DNA of 64,000 nucleotides. Origin: Lytechinus pictus. Lineage: Eukaryota. Location of the stretch: NCBI RefSeq assembly GCF_037042905.1, contig NC_087246.1, positions 2,728,001 through 2,792,000 of the forward strand, written 5' to 3'. A program made the position numbers and the translations under genes. A model generated the notes under the pieces. It saw only the letters and a program-made list of their open reading frames with translations. It was not told where the DNA came from and did not search any database. Shown here piece by piece: positions 29,087-41,700 of the stretch (positions are counted from its first letter, which is position 1; each line of letters opens with the position of its first letter).

Positions 29087-32034
29087 TTTATTAGATTCTA
29101 CAAAGCCCATTACACTGGGTGCTCTTTACAGACCCCCTAAAGATGATAAATTCATTGAATCACTCTCTGACACTTTAGAAAAATTTAAAAAAGATGAGGA
29201 AATTATAGTCTTAGGGGACATGAATATTTGCCTTTCGAAAAAGTCTCCCTTATCCCAGAAATATGAGAATATACTTAATCTAAGTGGTTTAAGCCAACTT
29301 GTAAAGCTGCCCACACGTACAACTCAGACATCTTCCTCCCTGATAGATCACATATTATGTAGTCAAGTAGAGCATATTAGTCAAAGTGGTGTTATTGACC
29401 TAGGTATAAGTGATCATTTATTAATTTATTGTTCAAGAAAGATTGTTAGGCCCGTATTTGGGCACCACTGAACTGTATCCATCAGGAGATTAAAAGGTTA
29501 TAATGTAGATGATTTCAACTTAAAGTTATCCCGATCAGACTGGTCCAAGGTAACTGAATATAACGATGTAAATATGGCTTGGGCAACTTTTAAATCTATA
29601 TTCTTATCAATTATAGATATAAGCGCACCTCTGAAAGAGGTAAGAATTAAGCAATCAACTGAAAAAGGATGAACCATGAAATTATTGTTTTAATTAAAGA
29701 GAGAAATGTAGCTTATAAAAGTATGAAAAGGAATATTGGCAATTTAGACCTTGAAAGAAAATATAAAGTTTTAAGGAATTTAGTTCAAAGGAAGGTAAGA
29801 AGTGCCAAAAACGAATACTTTTAAGAACAAATCGAAGAAAACAAACATGACTCTAGACAATTGTGGAAGAATTTGAAAGGTTTAGGTCTAAAAAGTAAAG
29901 GGAAATCTGATCAAAAAACGGTTATCAATGTGCAAGGTGAATTAAGTCATGATAAGGCTAATATTGCAAATGAGTTTAATCGTTACTTTACGACTGTGGC
30001 CGACAAGCTAGTTTGTAAATTACCAGTAAATACAAACAAATTTCATGCAGAAAGTGACCAATTTCAAAAGTTTTATGAAGAAAAGGGTATTTCAAAAGGT
30101 AGTTTTCACTTTTCCCCTGTTACAGAAAAATTTGTTTTAGGTGAACTAAATAAGTTGAAAATATCAAAAAGTACTGGTCTAGATATGATACCTGCAAGAT
30201 TTTTAAAAGATGGGGCAAGAAATTTGTACAAACCTTTGAATTATGTTATTAATTTATCTCTTATGTCTTCTACCTTTCCTGATGATATGAAATTTGCAAA
30301 AGTTACCCCGCTACATAAAAAGAAAGATAAAACTGACGTTAGTAATTATAGGCCTATAAGTGTATTAAGTGTAGTGTCAAAAATCTTGGAAAATCTGTTC
30401 ATGCTCAAGTGGAGAAATACTTTCAAGAAACCAAGCTAATATATAAATTTCAGTCCGGCTTTCGTAACGGATATTCCACTGAAACTTGTTTAATACATTT
30501 AACAGATTTTATCAGGAACGAAATTTCACATGGGCGCATGGTTGGAATGGTTCTCCTAGACTTACAAAAAGCCTTTGATACTGTAAATCATAACATACTT
30601 TTAAAGAAATTAGAAGTGATGGGTTTAGACTCTGCTTGTGTGACATGGTTTAGATCATATTTATCTAACCGTCATCAATATAGTTACCATGCAGACGGTT
30701 CTTTCTGATTCACTGCCTATTAAATGCGGAGTCCCTCAAGGAAGCATTTTAGGCCCCATTCTTTTTATGTCTTACATCAATGATATGTGTACTTGTATAA
30801 ACGAATCTAAATTAATTTTATATGCTGATGATAGTGTCTTGCTATATTCAGATACAAATCCCAAGATAATTGATAAAAAACTTAGTGCAGATCTGGCAAA
30901 TTGCATTGAATGGATGTCTGACAACAAGCTTAGTTTACACGTTGGGAAAACAGAAAGCATTTTGTTTTGTTCGAAACGAAAGTTAAGATATACACACGAT
31001 TTCAAGGTTTCATACAATAATCAGGTAATTGACAGAAAAGATTCAGTGAAATATTTGGGAATTAATTTAACAAGTAACCTATCATGGACGGGTTTGGTAG
31101 ACTCAATCGTCAAAAAGGCAAATTCACGCTTGAAATTTTTGTATAGATATCAAACCTGTTTGAATATGAAGTCTAGACGTATTTTATGCTTTGCTTTAAT
31201 ACAATGTCTATTCGACTATGCTAATGCGGCTTGGTACGGTAGTCTGGGTGTTACGGATAAGAAAAAGCTAAGAATAATTCAAAATAAAATTGTGAGATAC
31301 ATAAATGTTTTAGGACCAAGAGCACATGTCGGATGTAAAGAACTTGAAATGCAGGATTACTTCATGTAGATCACAGATCACAACAATTAGTATTACACCA
31401 CGTGCATAAAATATTCTATTCGGATACATTAGATCATTATATAGCAAATAATTGCACCCGTGTATCAAATATCCATAGGTACGGTACTCGAAATAGTAAT
31501 TTTAATTTTGTATTACCAAAACGTGAAGGACATATAGGGAACACTTTTTATTTTAATGGCATCCAATCTTGGAATGCTCTTCCCAATCAAGTAAAAGCAG
31601 TTAAAGTATTTTCTCAATTTAAGAGTGCATTAAAGAAGCACCTAAAACTGGAATCTACCCGAGAGCAATATAACCAGTAAAAATCACACATTTTGTACAG
31701 TTGGTTTCTAGTATTGTAGATAATGTAGGGTATGTTGAAATATAATCTTGTTTCATATATTAGGAGGATTGTTGTTTGCTTCAGATGTTTGCATATTATT
31801 TGACTGATGGATATGTATGTATGTATTTTATTATTTTTTTTTTAAACCACATTCCAGTACTTGTCGTAGTTTATACTTTTTGTTACAATATGTTAATGTT
31901 TTATACTAACTATAGGACCCCATTGGAAATAAGCCTTTCGGCTTTCATGTGCTATCCTGTCAAGGTATTCTTCAATTTTATTGTAATCTCTTGTGATATT
32001 CTTGACGAATAAAATCAATCAATCAATCAATCAA
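29087..32034 (+). mobile_element. 5'-truncated CR1/L2-group (Crack/Daphne-like) LINE; APE C-terminus plus RT, with frameshifts and stops
   Basis: ORF pieces encode LYRPP, LGDMNI, LIDHILC, ISDHLLIY (APE), NYRPISVL, FQSGFR, LDLQKAFDTVNH, GVPQGSILGP, LYADD (RT); ends AATAAA then (ATCA)n tail. Confidence 0.9.
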
Positions 32035-34131
32035 GGCGCTTCAGAGCAGAACAACAAAAACTATTTACATTTAATACATGTCTGAACAATAAGTCAATGT
32101 CTATCAAAAAACACTCTTATACAGGTATGTTTTCAGGTTGCCCTTGAAGGTGGCCACTGAAGTCTGGGTTTTTAACTCTGTGGGAGATAATTCCATAGGC
32201 TAGGCCCTGCATGAGCAAAGGCCCGTTCCCCGCATGATTTCTTAGCAACTTGAATTTGTAAGAGATTACATGATGAGGATCGTAAATTTCTTGAGGGTTG
32301 GTAATTATGCATCAAAGATCCATTGTAACTGGGGAAAGTACCATTGACTATATGAAAAATCAAAAGAAGGATTTTAAAGACTATATGTTCCTTCAGGGGC
32401 AACCAGTAAAGAGTTTTCAAAATAGGGGAGATGTTGCTGCGCTTGCTATATAGTTACAATACTCGCAGCTGCATTTGCAACCTTTGCCATTTTCCAAGTT
32501 GAGAATCTGGTAAGTTGTAAAGGATGCTATTACCAAAATCGAATCGTGAAGAAATGAGTGAATGTACCAGTTTCTCTGTTGCTGAGCGAGTGAGATATTT
32601 TTTTAACTGATCTGCAAATGCTTGTAATCAATCTGGTTGGACATGGACATGTGAGAATAAAAAATAACTCCAAGATTGCGACATGATTTTGAGAAGGGGA
32701 TGTCATTGCCTGAGAAAGAAATTGAATCGATGTTGAATTTGTTAAGTTGAAACTTTGAGCCAAAAACTAAAAACTCACATTTACTATGGTTTAAAAGTAA
32801 CGAGTTTGACTTCAACCAAGTGTCCATGTCCATTATGCATCTTTCAAGATTACACAGGGCTTGTGTGGCACTAGTTTGATTGGGTGAAAACGATACAAAA
32901 ATCGTAATATCATCTGCATATAAATGATAGTGAACAGAGTGACATTTAAAAATATCTTGAAGCCCTGTCAAATAAATGGAAAACAAAGAGGGCCCTCCAA
33001 CAAAGCCCTGGGGGACGCCGCATACCAGTGGCCTAGATGAAGAGGTAACACCATTTATGAGGACTGACTGTGAATGGAATGAGAGATAAGATTTCAGCCA
33101 TTGTAGGCAATGGTAGGGCCTTGCCCTGAACACCTAAACTAGTCAGTGTTAATAAGTAGGGTGTGGTCTACGGTGTCAAATGCGGCCGACAGATCTAGGA
33201 GCGCCATTGCTGTGACAGATCCACTGTCCATTTTATGTAAGACAAAACTAGAAACATTAGTGAGGAGCGTCTCGACACTGTGATGATCGAGGTCGGTAGG
33301 CAGACTGAAACGGGTCAAATAAATAATGTTCTAACAAATAAATGTTCTGTTAAATCTAGTCCATCATTAAATGTTTTTAAAAGGAGATATAAAACCCAAC
33401 TTCTCAGTAAATATTCAAATAATGTATGATCAGTTTTTTTTTGGTTTTTTTTTTTGTATTTTCCCCTTTTGTTCAATGTTTATGTCTGGTATTCAGTATT
33501 TATTACATCATGTATTTTACAATATCATATATATATATATATATTCAGTTTCCAGATTTTGTAAAGGTGGCAGCGCTAATAAGGCTTTCCCTTTCTAGTT
33601 GCCTCCTCATTCATTTATAAATCATGTACTTTATTCAACTGTTTCCCAGATTTTATCATTGTAATATCTGCAATTTTCCCATGTAATTTATGTAAACTTT
33701 GTATGTGCCTTGTATTTGTTTTTATGATGAATGGAATAAATGCTATCAAATCAAATGAAATAATCTATGATAATCTTGAACAAAAAAAAAGGAAGATTAC
33801 TAACTGGTCGGTAATTTTTGAGTGATTCACAATCTAAAGATTTTGTTTTCAATAAAGGACGAATAAGGGCCGTTATCAAAGCTAATGGGACAGTGGCCTC
33901 AGCTATCCTTCTGTTTACAATATCAGAAATTATTGGAGCGAAAGTAGAGGCACAATTAATCTTTAAAAGAATGGTAGGGATTGTATCTAATGGGCAAGAT
34001 TTTGGAGGCAGTTTACGAAGATTAAGGATCTCATCTGCAGAGGTATGTTCAAAAGTATCCAACATGGAGGTGGTGACAGGTTCAGGATTTGGGTAAACAA
34101 AATTAGGACTCAAACTATGACGAATATTCAT
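32035..34131 (-). mobile_element. Decayed L2 LINE (RT region), interrupted by two other LINE insertions
   Basis: KSCPLDTIPT, NYRPVSNLPF, LLDLSAAFDTVDH, CGVPQGFVGGP, HLYADD, LYWLPLKEHIVFKILLL, GERAFAHAGPSLWN. Confidence 0.85.
33351..33760 (+). mobile_element. 3' end fragment of another LINE inserted into the L2 element
   Basis: Last codons SSPSLNVFKRRYKTQLLSKYSN, AT-rich 3' UTR, AATAAA and (TCAAA)n tail; L2 RT sequence resumes on both sides. Confidence 0.6.
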
Positions 34132-34317
34132 TTGTTTGTCTCTTAGATTATAAGGCCTTATCTAACGAAAACAATATAATAAAAACATTAAAGTGAGATG
34201 ATAAGATAAATTTTGATTGGCGCGTTTATTCTTTTAATGAGAGCACCGTTAAAAAAAACAATGACGGGTTTAGAGTCTCTCCCAGTAGTAAGTGATTATC
34301 ATCTAACATTCATTTAA

Positions 34318-34896
34318 AAGACAAGTCTACCCAAACAAAAAGTTTATTTGAATAAAAAAGAGAAAAATAATTACAAGCATTACACTTAAAATTTCATTAA
34401 AATCGGAAGTAAAATAAGAAAGTTATTACATTTTGAAGTTTTGCTTAATTTCACAAAAAAGTTGTATGCACATCCTGGTCGGTATATGCAAATGAGGAGA
34501 CTGATGACGCCATCCACTATTTCTTTTGTACTTTATTATATGAAATATATACTAATTTTCTCCTCATTGTCAAGTGAAACAATTGATTCATCCCTGATCA
34601 TGTGGAATTAGCATTAATACGATGTTTCAGTCAATTTGGACCGTACCTCAAATCTGTAAAATATGAAATAATTTATAATTCAACCAATAAAAAACAAAAA
34701 GAAAATAGTGAGTGGAGGGAGGACATCATCGGCTGTCTCATTTGCATGTCACTGAATCGTGCATATCACTGTTTTGTGAAAAATAAGCGAAATGTCATAA
34801 TTTTCTTTATTTTACATCCGATGTTGATAAAAATTTCAGCGTTATGCTAGTTTGATTTTTCTCTATTAAATTATCTTTCAGGGGTGGACTTGACCT
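34318..34896. mobile_element. TTAA-flanked MITE (Kolobok/T2-type), copy 2
   Basis: TTAA|AAGACAAGTCTACCC ... GGGGTGGACTTGACCT|TTAA; homologous along its length to 16311-16924. Confidence 0.8.
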
Positions 34897-35822
34897 TTAA
34901 AAACTTGATTTGTTCTTATGATTTTTCCTTTTTAGCAGCCAAAATGCATTGGTTCTATGATGTCTTGTAACATTAAGCAGCCTGGACCTAACATTTTTAT
35001 TTTGTGAAGTAAAGAAAACTTATTGGATATTCTTCGCTGGTAGTTTTTCGTGTGAAGTGATTCGAACACTGTTCGCTCCATGCCCGCTGCTTCCTATAAG
35101 TGTGAAAATTTGACGAGTTGCAGACAGCTGACGATATGGCGATTTCTATTGCGGACGTAAACGAGAGTCGCGACTTCAAGATTGAATCCACGTCGTTGGA
35201 CAGCTATTTTATTGTCAAGCAAAGTAGATGAAGTGGTGGATACCATTCAATGTCACTATACACTGCGTTCTGATTCCGACAAGACCAATATTTCACATTT
35301 ACACTTAATTTAGGCATTTACGATCCAAATTTGCTTAATTTAGGTTCTCAAGAATAATCTTGAATCCAGAATTTCTTGCATCCAAAATTAAAAAAGTTAT
35401 ATCATTATCTGCCCAGGGTGGGTAATACCTAAATACATAAATGAAATGTATGTTAAGTCATATCCAGTGGTGTAAACCAAGGGTTGGAAAACAGTGAAGA
35501 TCGTCGACAGAAGGATTGAATAGTCGCGAGAGGGGTGGAAGCGAGTGAGCAAATATGTCACCCTTTTAAACAAAATCTAATTCGTGACAGATAATATCCA
35601 GGAAATATTTCGCGGATTAGAGTTAAGCTCAAGACGTAAAATGTCATGTTTGTCTAATATTGTAAAAATCCAATCAGAGCCACAATATACAGGAGCCGTG
35701 GAACGGTTTCGAAAGTGTGTGTGCGGGTGTGTGTGTGTATGTGTGGATGGGTTTGTGTGTATGCGGAGGGGGTGGGTTAACCACCTACAAAATCACAATC
35801 AGATGGTCATTCGTAAGGTTTA

Positions 35823-37460
35823 TACTTACTTACTGCCCGCTATGCCTCCATTGTCATGTAGGGCAGCAACGAATGTCCTCCACTTCTGTCGGTCCTGGGC
35901 CAAGATCTGTACAGTTCTCCAGGAGTGCCTTAGGTTTTTTAGTTCTCCCTCTACTGTTCTGCGCCATGTGATCTTGGGCCACCCCTTTTTCTTCTCCCTT
36001 CAGGGGTCCAGTGGAGAGCTACATGGTCCAATCCATTTCCATCGTCTTCTGAGGATTACGGTTCCCATGTTCTCTTGTTTACATCGCGTAAGTAGTTCTT
36101 CATTTGTGATTTTATTTGGCCAGAAAATTTGAAGAACTTTTCTGAGGCTTTTTGTATGAAAGACTGACAGTTTATGGAGGTCTTTCTCCGTCATTCTCCA
36201 GCACTCAGATCCATATAGTAGGGTGGAGAGGACACAGCTTTGTTATTGTGCTATACTACTGCTTTATTCAGACGGTTTCTGATGTCATTTTCTGCCCCAC
36301 CATCACTTGTGACAACGCTACTTGAACATTTTTCCCATTCACTTGTATTGGTAACGGATTTGTGTTATTCAATGTCATTATCTCTGTTTTGTTTTCGTTG
36401 ATTTTAAGGCCAACTTGTTGGGCATATTCACTCAGCCGTGTCGTCTTTGTTTGCATATGCTGGTGTGTATGTGAAAATAAGGCAAGATCATCGGCATAGT
36501 CGAGGTCTTCCAGGGTGGAAAATATGGACCATCTGATACCTCTCTGGTGATCTTCGGTAGTTCTTCTCATTACCCAGTCAATGGTGATTATGAAGAGGAT
36601 TGCAGACATGACACATCCCTGTCTAACTCCTGATTTTACTTCAAATTTTATGTCACTATTTCCCACGTTGCATGTAAAGTTAGAGTAAAAGCTCTTAATA
36701 ATTTGGACAATGTCCTTTGGTATCCTATATATGAACGAAGTATTCGCCACAAGCTCTGTCTATGGATGCTGTCGAATGCCTTGTCAAAATCGACAAAGTT
36801 GATATACATTTGTCTCTGCCATTCTGTGCATTGTTCTATGATGTTACGCAGTGAGAATATATTTTGATCTATGCATCCTCTTCCTCTGCGGAATCCTGCT
36901 TGCTCTTCTCTGAGATGCTGGTCTACTACACTTATAGGGTTCACAATTATCTTCGAAAAAATCTTACTAGGAATCGATAAGAGGGTGATTCCACGCCAGT
37001 TATCATGGTTATTGCAGTTTCTCAGGTTCCCTTTCTTTGGAATTTTGACAATACCTTGTGACCAGTCATCTGGAATTTGTTTTTTACTCCACACTGTTTT
37101 AAATAGTGGTTCGAAAATTTCTGCTGCAGCCTCTGGGTGTGCTTTGGATAATTCTGCGTTTAAGTTGCCATGTCCAGGAGATTTACCATTTCTCAAAGAT
37201 TTAATGGCAGATACTATTTCCCATTTAGATGGAGGGTCAATGTTTATGTTGAGATCCTCTTCTGCCTCTTGGATGTCTGCATCGGTTAATGATGGCGGTC
37301 TATTCAGTACTTCACTGAAATGCTCTGCCCATCTAGCATCTATTTCTGCTTCTGTTGTAAGAATATTTCCTTGTTTACTAAGAATTGGTGCATCTGTTGC
37401 TCCTTTGTTCCTTCCACTGATTATATTGGTAAGTTTATACACTTTTCTTTGTTCTTTATT
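35823..37460 (-). mobile_element. 5'-truncated RTE-clade LINE, frameshifted
   Basis: NWRGITLLSIPSK, QAGFRRGRGCIDQ, FVDFDKAFDSI, SGVRQGCVMS, LEDLDYADDLAL; 3' end GTTGCTGCCCTACATG...GGGCAG followed by (TAAG)n. Confidence 0.9.
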
Positions 37461-38610
37461 TCTTAGGTTTATACACGCTTATTAATAAAGTGGCGGTGAA
37501 TCGGCCCCTGATAAAGGCCTTCAAAGTGAGCCATACTGATCGCTGGTGAATAAAAATAAAACGGTGGTATATGAAGAGTCTACCGCTGATGGCGCCGGTA
37601 TATATCGATGTCGACACTCCTTTCACGCGCTGGACTGCCAGGTAGTACACGGACGATTCCAACATGGAGCTATTAACACAATAGCTCCATGGCTCCAGTA
37701 AGAAATTGTACTCGAACATGTAGGACTTTAAACATGTTCAATGTTATTTTTTTCTAACCATTAAGGGAAACATTAATACATTTTCTGAAGTAGATTTCTA
37801 ATTGAAATCGGATACTGCAACAATGCCACTAGCTCGCACTAGCTATGCTTCGGTTGTATCATTTATTGTCATGCCTGATAATTTTACGTTCAATTTGTAG
37901 CATTCTTTACTAAAGAAACACCATAAAAAGTAGGGACAATCCTGTCTATAGAAGAAAAAATTACAAGTAAATCATATTGTGGTACTGTGGAACTTTTTTG
38001 TGAAAAAAATGGAATTGAAACTTGGAAACACCTGTTGGGCTATCGTTTTGTGTGTGGGTTTTTGTGAATGGAAGTCTTGTGTACACTCCGGTATACCGAC
38101 GCCATATTCCCACGAAAATATGTGAATGGATTCTAGTTCACCATCCCCCCCCCCCCCTTTCATTCATTCCACCCAAACATTGATTTTATAAAAACGTGTT
38201 TAAAATGTGTCAATATCTACATCTGATCATGTATTTTTCATCTTGTTAGACAGCCTCCCCCCCCCCACACACACATACACCCTGTTGTTGTTGTTGTATT
38301 TAAGCCACTGCTCAATCCGATATATTTCGTGCCATCTGCTCTTTATACTTATCAAATCAATAACACACCGAATAAATAATTCGATAATAGACGTCATAAT
38401 GGGAAAATTTGTTAAAATCATACACAATGGCGACGCTATGGAAAGCGTAAGTTGTTTTTGGCCATTGCCACGAAACACCTCCCTTTGATATGTATGCTGC
38501 AATACCCCCTTCCATCTCAAGTTTCCTGATTCTGCCACTAATCTTGTTGAGAATTATCTGCAAGCCATATGTAAGCAGTAGCAGGCTGGTTGGTGTTTCA
38601 TTTATAAAGT

Positions 38611-38746
38611 ATGGCGTGGTTGATGTGTGTTATGCTAATTGGTGCTCTTTATTCGATTGTTTGGATTGTACTCTTCATTTTTCCGGAATTAATCCACAAA
38701 ACAAAGCAAAATCAGATTCGTGGCAAGTTAATCGCACATCGAGGAG
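38611..38746 (+). CDS. GDPD1: GDPD1-like exon 1
   Basis: ATG; MAWLMCVMLIGALYSIVWIVLFIFPELIHK...LIAHRG; donor GTTGGT, phase 1. Confidence 0.88.
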
Positions 38747-41700
38747 GTTGGTATACAATCAGCTATATTTATATTTATTTACATTTCTTGTCTAATGATG
38801 TTAGAGAATAAGCTTATCGTTTTTCAGTATTTTCTTTCGCTAATTAAACCATCAAAACAATTTATCACGGTTTAATGAAATGTCAATTTTTCCCTCCAAC
38901 AAACGTATCTACCTCTTGGAACGCTTTATAGGTTTATACGTAGTTTCTCATGCTTTTGATTAGTTCCTTAATATTAATGGGCATTTCGTTGGTTTAAGTT
39001 TGTACATGTTGATGATGAATTGACTCAATTTTTTTTGCCAGCGAACACTTTATTCCTCGAAATAACTCCCTGTATAATCGGCATGTGCGCCTCGAGCTCT
39101 GTATCTATTGGATTAGGTTTGATTGCATTTTCCGAAAAAATAACGTAAGCAATTAAGGCTTAAATTGTTCGTTTCAGATTATAAACTTTAATTTCAGTTT
39201 GGACTCCACACCCGCATTATTTGCTTATTAACATACATATCATATTCATGATTAATGAACTTTATCAAGTCAATACATAAAATGTTTCATCTAGCGCTTC
39301 ACGCTCGCATTATTATTTTTTTTTCATGATACAAAATGTGCTTGAAATGTACAGTTTCCGGGTCAGTATAATAAAAAAATTTAGCACACCGTTTGCGCTC
39401 GCAAAATTTGTATATAATTTTTTTAAGCTTGCTTGCTTGATTCGCTCTCTCGCAAAATAAGTTAATTACATGAGTGGAGATCTGCACATGTGAACGAGGG
39501 TCGCGTACTAGTCCTCTTTACCTGACACATTATACGTAAGCAAAAATCTGGCTCTCATGATTTCAAATTTGCCTGCCCCTAAGAAACCATGAATATGTCC
39601 CTTAATTGCATACCCTATACCGGTAACCAATTTAGCACCTTAGTTGAGAGTGACAAGTTGTAGATTGACGCCTTACCAAAAGACGATATTCCGCGGTGGA
39701 ATTCGAACATTCGACCATCTGATTACAAGACGACAGTCAGGACCACTGAACCACTAATTTATTGGGGCGCTATAATTCATGATAATATCACACTGATCAT
39801 GTTGTGTGATCATTTGTTTTTACACATCACCACGAATGAATATCGTTTGTTTCTTTTGATTTAGTATTAGTCATTATGACAAATGCTCTCTTAAAAATTG
39901 CTTATCAAATTTGGTGAATGCGTCTGATCAAAAATGGGGTGAAAAAAATAAAAAATAAATTATTGATTTGCACGAAACTTGCGATCAATTGCAAGTCAAC
40001 CTTGTGTCCCAAATCAACCATTCGGCAAATAATTGCAAATTCATAATCGATTGCTGGTCTTCTTCTCACAAGCAGTAAAAATCAATTTGCTCTATAGCTA
40101 CCCATATGTCAATAGTAAATAAGAAACATAATTTGCAATCGAATGCAAATATTTCTTGCAACATCCAAAAAGGGTTGCATATTTTGTTATTTATTTTTAG
40201 TTTTCTTGGTTCTGTGGAACACACATTTATAGAACAAATAATCCCTTAAATAAGACAATTTTGTTTCCTTTTTTACTCCATGTGTTATTCATAATTATTA
40301 ATACATTTGTTACTATATGGTTACAGGTGCAGGGGAAGAACTGGAAAATACCCTTACAGCATTTAAACGGTAAATCCTCCAATGATATTTAATAATATCT
40401 TAGATGGGGATATTAATTATGATGCATGTATACCTGAAATGTTTCCCTGGGAGTGGAGGATGTGAACTGTAATCGGCACAACTGAACTGAGTGACTGAAT
40501 CTGAACAAACAATGTTATGTCTTAATTTTCACAAATGTCCTTCCTCAAATTATATATTGTATATATATATAAATGTCCATATCAAGATTCAAAGTATATT
40601 TTATTTAATTTCGCAGCCATTGGCTAAATAGTCATTGAATTCACAATTAAAAAAAAACATTTTAGTTGCATTGTGCTTAGCCTGGCGGAAATCATCGGAT
40701 ATCGATGGATAGCGCCATCTCCACACTAAACTCAACCAAGCACATGAACAAGAATAACAATTTCACCTAAAATAATAATACCAATTCCTAATTTACCTGA
40801 ACAATTCCAATTTACAATACCACTTTCAATTAACAATAGTAGTAACAAATCACAATATCAACTGAAAATGTAAACAAAGCAATACTAACAGAACAACAAA
40901 AATAATAACAATAATAATAATAGTGCGGAAGATGTCAATTATTGTGGCATGTGAAATAGAGAAGAAGTTATTCTGATGTCACAGGAAAGAGCAAACGAGG
41001 GAAGTGGTTATAATAAGAATAATAATCATCATCATCGATCTTCATCAAAATTGCTTATTCTCCAAACAAAATAAATCATCTCCCTTTGCATACTGAAACA
41101 CACTTTGTCTTTGACTTTTTATTTGCATCACACTATATGCATGTATATATGTATAATATATTACTTTCCCCCAAATCACATGAAGTGCTGCAGAGAAGGA
41201 TGTCGATATGCTGGAGCTGGATTGCTATTTGACGAGGGATAGTCACGTGGTAGTGTCACACGACCCACATTTACTCACCCTGACCGGTGAAGATGTCTAC
41301 ATTCATGACATAGATTACAAGGTACACACATGTAAGGGTATTCCATGGTACATATGCAGCTGGTATAATCAAATTTTTGCTGAGATGAAGCAAAAACGTT
41401 TTGTTAAAGAAATAAATGATATGCAAATTTATTGCACAGAATTCATGTTTTACATTGGAACAAAAAAAATTTGATAAATACTATCATGTTCAAATTTATG
41501 CAGATCTTATTTCTAAACTCATAAATAAGGCTACTTTTTCCTTGTAAACAAATTTAATAACAGATAAAGTAGCAAACGGCATCTAACTTTCAGTCTAATA
41601 TTAAGGGCTAATTAGATAAAGAAAAATGGTTTCTCGCAGCGGATATTCTATTGTGAAAATGAAATAAAAGTCAAATAGAACTTGTAACATTGTGTCTGTA

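Noticed and set aside
35584-37485. Plus-strand ORFs of 182 aa and 204 aa
   Set aside because: Antisense shadows of the RTE element plus GT microsatellite.
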